This document shows, piece after piece, positions 57,210-64,000 of a stretch of 64,000 nucleotides of DNA. Under the pieces are notes generated by a model. It searched no databases. It worked only from the letters and a program-made list of their open reading frames with translations, and was not told the origin of the DNA. The stretch spans positions 74,586,001 through 74,650,000 of the forward strand of contig OX597831.1 in NCBI GenBank assembly GCA_951406725.2, given 5' to 3'. Position 1 is the first letter of the stretch. Each line of letters opens with the position of its first letter. The position numbers were made by a program, and so were the translations under genes. Source of the DNA: Octopus vulgaris (taxonomy: Eukaryota).

Positions 57210-57667
57210 GTATATATATGAATATATCTTCCTGTTTATTTCTTTTCTCTATTTTTGTTTCCCGTCGCAATATTTATTGCTCATCAGACATTATAAAGAT
57301 AAATACTTTCTATTCTTGATATATGCGATACAGTGCGTGACCCGAAACAACGTCTTCACAACTAGGAAACATCGACACATAGAAATAAAAGTCAAGTCTC
57401 TTTTGAAAAGCAGGTATTTTCTCTTTCTGTTATAGTTTTACCTTCTCAGCCATGTTGGGGCTCCGTATTGACGAATTTAGTCGATAGAATCAACCCCAGA
57501 ACCTATTCTTAAGTTTGGTAGTCATTCTATCAGCGTCTTGAGTCGAACCTCTAACAAAAGGGGATGTAAACAATCCGACACCGGCTGTCATGGAGTGGTG
57601 GTGGTGGTGGTGGGGGGACAAATACAAAAACACATACACATATACACACGCGCATATATACGCGCAT

Positions 57668-57707
<40 letters not shown>

Positions 57708-57710
<3 letters not shown>

Positions 57711-58293
57711 AGAACAATCTTACTTAGAAATGGATGCGCGCGTTCCGTCATATAATAAATAAAACATATGCATATATACATACATATATGTAGGTACCTA
57801 CCTCTACATGTATATATACATGCATATATGGGTACAGGACACCAAAAAAAACTTAGAACACAATGAGAAACGAAAACATAAACACAAAACCAAGGAAATG
57901 GACATTTTTCTTAAACAACGAAAAAATAGAGTACAGGACAAATAACACAAGGAAAATTCCCCTTCTTCAGTCGCCATGGTTTCATCTACTCTGCGTTTCC
58001 ACCTTTGAAACGCAGAGTAGATGAAACCATGGCGACTGAAGAAGGGGAATTTTCCTTGTGTTATTTGTCCTGTACTCTATTTTTTCGTTGTTTAAGAAAA
58101 ATGTCCATTTCCTTGGTTTTGTGTTTATGTTTTCGTTTCTCATTGTGTTCTAAGTTTTTTGGTGTCCTGTACCCATATATGCATGTATATATACATGTAG
58201 AGGTAGGTACCTACATATATGTATGTATATATGCATATGTTTTATTTATTATATGACGGAGCGCACGCATCCATTTCTAAGTAAGATTGTTCT

Positions 58294-58298
<5 letters not shown>
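57708..58298. repeat. Near-perfect palindrome of family X, arms about 292 bp, 7-nt spacer CACCTTT at 58000-58006
   Basis: Arms are reverse complements with only a couple of visible mismatches; (TA)n on both outer sides. Confidence 0.95.
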
Positions 58299-58366
<68 letters not shown>

Positions 58367-58589
58367 AATTTAAATTAAATAAGTATTATTACCATTATTA
58401 ATAATATTAATAATGATAATAATAAGGCGGCTAGTAACTTTACACCTTTACAAGTAAAATATATACTAAACATTGGCCGTGTATATTTTAATAGTGAGTA
58501 ATTGGTGGTTTTGGAGCGATGGGTTTGATATAGCAAATGGTATTTAAATACCCCATTAAATATGAATTTAGTTTATATATATATAATTT

Positions 58590-58755
58590 AGGCGCAGGAG
58601 TGGCTGTGTGGTAAGTATCTTGCTTACCAACCACATGGTTCCGGGTTCAGTCCTAGTGCGTGGCACCTTGGGCAAGTGTCTTCTACTATAGTCTCGGGCC
58701 GACCAAAGCCTTCTGAGTGGATTTGGTAGGCGGAAACTGAAAGAAGCCCGTCGTA

Positions 58756-58816
<61 letters not shown>

Positions 58817-59040
58817 TTGTGTGTGTTTGTGTGTCTGTATTTGTCCCCCTAGCATTGCTTGACAACCGATGCTGGTGTGTCTATGTCCCCGTCACTTAGC
58901 GGTTCGGCAAAAAGAGACCGATAGAATAAGTACTGGGCTTACGAAGAATAAGTCCCGGGGTCGAGTTACTCGATTAAAGGCTGTGCTCCTGCATGGCCGC
59001 GGTCAAATGACTGAAACAAGTAAAAAGTAAAAGAGTAAAA
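58590..59040 (+). mobile_element. SINE family A (full length)
   Basis: GGCGCAGGAGTGGCTGTGTGGTAAG head to GTAAAAGAGTAAAA tail. Confidence 0.9.
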
Positions 59041-59279
59041 AAAAATAATATATATATAATATAATAATAAAATAATGAATATATATAATATAATATGAAA
59101 TATATATATGTGTGTGTGTATGTGTGTGCGTTTGTGGGCCCTTGGCGATTTTTCCTTCTCCTTTGGACTTTGCTCAAAAGGTCAAACTCTCACCTTTCAC
59201 CAAGCGTCAAACTAACATATTTCTTGTTCGTTTTTTTTTGTCCTTTTATTCACTTTTTGAACTGTTTGTTTATTGAATT

Positions 59280-59468
<189 letters not shown>

Positions 59469-59611
59469 CCGATTTGCATCTACAATTTTTAGTATAAGCA
59501 AATGACCGAAAAACGATGAGCTAACCTCAGGCTGAATCGAACACACAAATCGACGTTTGCATGGCTCCTTGCAAATCCGATTGGTCAAACGCTCACACTT
59601 TAAACTGTCTA

Positions 59612-59795
59612 ATATTATATATAATATTTTTATAAACAAACCCGAAAGGCTTTGTATGTTACGGTGAGAAAGCTACTATGGAAGACTCATATCATCACAA
59701 TATATTATTATTCAGTTATTATTATACTGTGTCTTCTGTAGTAGGTTTCTCTCCGTAACTTACAAAACCTTCCGGGTTTGTTTATAAAATATTAT
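59612..59795. repeat. Imperfect inverted repeat, arms about 65 bp
   Basis: TTTTATAAACAAACCCGAAAGGCTTTGTATGTTACGGTGAGAAAGCTACTATGGAAGAC / GTCTTCTGTAGTAGGTTTCTCTCCGTAACTTACAAAACCTTCCGGGTTTGTTTATAAAA. Confidence 0.85.
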
Positions 59796-60057
59796 TTGTA
59801 GTATATATATATATATATATATGCTCAGAGCTTAGTTTTTCCTTGGGGCTGGCCGGATCGGAGCGATATCAGGATTAATCAGCCGAAATTGCTAAGATGA
59901 TCCGGTTCCTGACTGAAGATTAGAGGCTTCGAATGACCTGTCTGTTTTTTTTTGTGTCGTCTCTTTGTGTGGTTTGCGTTCTTGTCCCCTTTAATAAAAT
60001 TTTATATATCATTTTTATACATATATTATTGCGGCGTAACGTACCCCTTTCTCCTAC

Positions 60058-60174
<117 letters not shown>

Positions 60175-60201
60175 TGTATGTATGTATGTATGTATATATG
60201 C

Positions 60202-60278
<77 letters not shown>

Positions 60279-60640
60279 TCGTTAATCCAAGCATGAAAAT
60301 ACAAAGAGAAAACAACAACTCGAGGACGTGGAACAAGTATATACGACGGGTTTCTTCGCATGTTGCGTTTGCCAAATCCACTTACAAGGTACTGCTCAAC
60401 CCGATGCTATTGCAGGAGGCACTTGCCCAAGGTGCCAGCTGCAGTGGGGCTGAGTTTGAAGCCACAAGGTTAGGAAGCAAGCTTCGTAACCATACACTCA
60501 TGCCTGAGGCTTTTATTGTTTTATTTAAGTTGAAATCTTTGCCGTCGGCTGCTTCATTCATGATTCAAAAATATGTTGAAACTTATTTAACTTATTAATA
60601 AATAAAAACTCAGGAAACTCCTCTATCGATGTTTAGATTG

Positions 60641-60716
<76 letters not shown>

Positions 60717-60721
60717 GTTTA

Positions 60722-60995
60722 TATATTTGTTGTGCAAGATTTTTTATGTGAAGTCGTGTGTTGAAATAGAAATACAAAATGGCTGACGGTTAGTAAGGAG
60801 AGACACAAATAAGAAAGAAGAAAACAAAGGACCACTGATGCGGTCACAGGAGTGTGACGAAAGAACTCTGGCCGAAATAAGATTAAGATTAATGTAAAAA
60901 ATAAATAACACTAAAGCAAAATAACGCCAAATATATAGTGCGTGTGTCTTTATTGGCTAAACTGGCAATATGACCATTCCGAAATATAACAATAT
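60722..60995. mobile_element. Family P copy with internal inversion; HHR-like motif at 60830-60873 (+)
   Basis: 60722-60768 matches 19790-19835 directly; 60769-60995 matches the following P segment in reverse. Confidence 0.8.
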
Positions 60996-61017
60996 TAATA
61001 ATAATAATAATAATAAC

Positions 61018-61091
<74 letters not shown>

Positions 61092-61361
61092 TAATAACAA
61101 TAATTTCTTTACTGACCACAAAGGGTTTACATTAAGAAAAACTTGATGGACAGTACAAGACAAAACAAATGTGTATGTGCGTGCGTGCGTGTGTGTGTGT
61201 GTGTTTGTCTGTGTGTGTGTGCGCGCGCGTTCTTATATGTTCTTGTGAGGGCTTTGCGTGTAAACAAGATTAACATAATGGGGAAAAATGAAAATAAAAA
61301 GATAAAAATAATATCAACAATAAAAATAAAAATGATGATAATTGCTTCAAATTTTGGCACC

Positions 61362-61396
<35 letters not shown>

Positions 61397-62061
61397 TTTT
61401 TATAATTTTAGCGCAAAATCAGCGATTTTGGAAGGAGGGGCAATCAAGTACTTCGCCTCCGGTATTTGCCGCGTACTTGGTTTTATCGACCCTGCACGGA
61501 CGAAATGCAAAATCAACCTCAGCAGGATTTTAAGGACTCTTTAATGGGGCAGGGCCACTGTTATGACATAAGGAGTCTTGATCGTTTATGGACTCGGTGG
61601 AACACATCAACCCTGAGCAGATTTTACCCCAGTTGATTTCTTCCAGTGACAGCCAAAGGAAGAAAAAGTGAGCGAAAAAGAAGAATATACCCCAGTACAG
61701 GACTGGTACTTTATTTATTAATCCCGAAAGGATGAAAAATAAGGCTGACTTTGGTGGGATTTGAACTCCGAATGTTGGCTGTTGGTACGAATATTGCAAA
61801 GCTATCTAACCGACTTTCTAACGTAGATTACGAAATGTGCGGCTTTACTGAATAACATAATGGCGTACATGTATGTGAATGCGTGCGTGTGTGTGTGTGT
61901 GTGTGTGTGAAAGTGTAATTGAGTGTGTAAAAGGTACACACCCTACGTGCTTCTCAGATCCCTCCCTCCCCCTTTCATTCGATCCATTTTCGCCTTACGA
62001 AGCGACAACCAACCCTAAAAAGAAGTCCTAAGTGATCTGACGTATAGGTATTTAGTAGAGT

Positions 62062-62097
<36 letters not shown>

Positions 62098-62125
62098 AAT
62101 AATAATAATAATAGTAATAATAATA

Positions 62126-62189
<64 letters not shown>

Positions 62190-63321
62190 TAGTAAAAGTT
62201 GCCCAAAGAGAAGATTAGTCATCGTTAGTTTGAGAAGACAGGTGAGAGGAAATTTTGAGGAAATTGATATGGTGTATGGGGTGGGGGAAGAAGGGGGAGA
62301 AAAGAGAAACGAGGAAGGAGTGCAGAGAGAGGAGAGATGATGAGAGAGAGAAGAGGAAAAGGATAGAAGTAAAGGTGTTTTGTGATATAACAGTATTGTA
62401 ATCAAAATTCCTCAGTTGCTTTCATTGCAAAGAGGTTTATTTTTTATTTTTGCTCTTCATATTTTTTTTTCTCCGTCTCTAAAGTCTGGTGACAAAAATA
62501 GCGGTTCTGGGTGTGGTGCCCTCGCGAGTTCTAGTTTTTGTAGGCTGGTGCCCTCTCTTTTCCTCTCTCTCTCTCTCTCTCGCGTTAGTTCTAGTTTTAG
62601 AGATTCTGTAGACACCATTCTGTCTCCTTATTCAGTTGTTGTTGTTGTTGTTGTTGTTGTGATGGAAGTATTGTTGTTACTGTTGTCGTCATTTATTTAG
62701 ATTTAGAGAAAAACATTAATCGTCTTCTTGCTGTTTAAGTCGAGGTCAACCACCATCGAGTCCGTCCTAGCCGAGACCATCCACAATGAAATGTATTCCT
62801 CTTTTTCTTTCCCTTTTTTTAATGACTTAATCAAAAACGAAAGGTCAACAGCCATGATCCCTATTTTGAGAGTCTGGCCGGAGAAAGAAGCAAAGTTATC
62901 CTCAGACGGAGCTCTGATCCGAATACTTGAAGCAGAAGAGACCTCCCTCTGCTAAAATGCTCCCAAATGTCTGATGATGCTGTTAAACCAGGCAACTGAC
63001 TAATTCTACGACCTAAGGATACACACGGCCCTTCATAAGTAACCCCCACACAGGGCCATCGTATAGAATTATACGTTCTCTCGAACAAAACAACGCATTA
63101 AGGTCTGTAGGATTTATGTATTTATTGAAAACAAGCCAGAGCAGATGAACAAATTAATTCTGGCCCTTAGATCCGTGTCCCCTATTTAAACAGATTACCA
63201 TTAGCCCTTCAGATGTGTGGCCTCTAGCTCCGTTGGTGGGAAACAAAGAGAAAGACAAAGACACATACACACACACTCTTTCATTTACACACACGCGCGC
63301 ACATGCATACCCATCCATCTA

Positions 63322-63408
<87 letters not shown>

Positions 63409-63453
63409 CTCTATCTATCTCTCTATCTATCTATCTCTCTATCTATCTATCTC

Positions 63454-63554
<101 letters not shown>

Positions 63555-63559
63555 TTATC

Positions 63560-63850
63560 GTCAATATTGTCACGCCTCCTTCCTTCAAACGGGAAGGAAG
63601 AGCTATTTTCATCATCCTTGTGGCTATGGCGAAAGAATGTATCTGGTGGACGCGTCTGAAAGGATTGGAGACAAACACTTTCCTCTCTGGTCAATCTCTC
63701 ATCAACTTCTTCAAGTACCACTTGAAAAGGAAAGTGAGAGTAGAGAGGCAAGTTTTGTCTAGCGAATGTTTTAAAAAAAGATGGGTGAATGTAGCAAGAA
63801 TGGCACGTATGAATGACGAAGCCACCTTGAGCATAGTCCTATGAACCCAG
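63560..63850 (+). mobile_element. L1/Tx1-like LINE 3' fragment
   Basis: [33 protein letters not shown]...[26 protein letters not shown]; homologous to 40130-40420. Confidence 0.7.
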
Positions 63851-64000
63851 AAATCGAAAACAGAGAGTTGCTTATTTGAAAAAAAAAAAAAAAGAAATAT
63901 AAAATGTGACATCATTGACCGAGGTTACCGTGGTCTTTTCCGTAGGCTTTTCTTTGCACGGGTAAACCTCACCTGTCCTCCCCTTTACACTTCATATTGA

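Noticed and set aside
62965-63010. TGT-CTGATGA-TGC hammerhead-like start
   Set aside because: No GAAA or NUH/helix I partner follows.

Overview
Eukaryotic, very AT-rich and microsatellite-saturated DNA. The repeat landscape (three tRNA-headed SINE families, dense (TA)n/(CA)n/(TAA)n/(TACA)n tracts, Asn-run-rich coding sequence) most resembles a cephalopod (Octopus) genome; this assignment is inference from pattern recognition. Only one convincing host coding segment is present: a 1.26-kb probable terminal exon (11148-12411, +) encoding an NHL-like beta-propeller. The rest is mostly mobile DNA: an uninterrupted 5'-truncated R4/Dong LINE in (TAA)n, a frameshifted Penelope-like element (RT + GIY-YIG) plus further remnants, Tc1/mariner copies, CR1, RTE and Tx1 fragments, Helitron-like elements and many SINEs. 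The most notable unexplained layer is a dense set of minimal type I hammerhead ribozyme (HHR) motifs, more than a dozen in several unrelated short non-coding repeat families. Many sit in (TA)n tracts and inside long palindromes, and they include family-conserved core variants and a tandem 'split-core' arrangement. Nearly all short ORFs in the track are microsatellite artefacts. Coordinates were read by eye; element ends are approximate unless a TSD/TIR is quoted.
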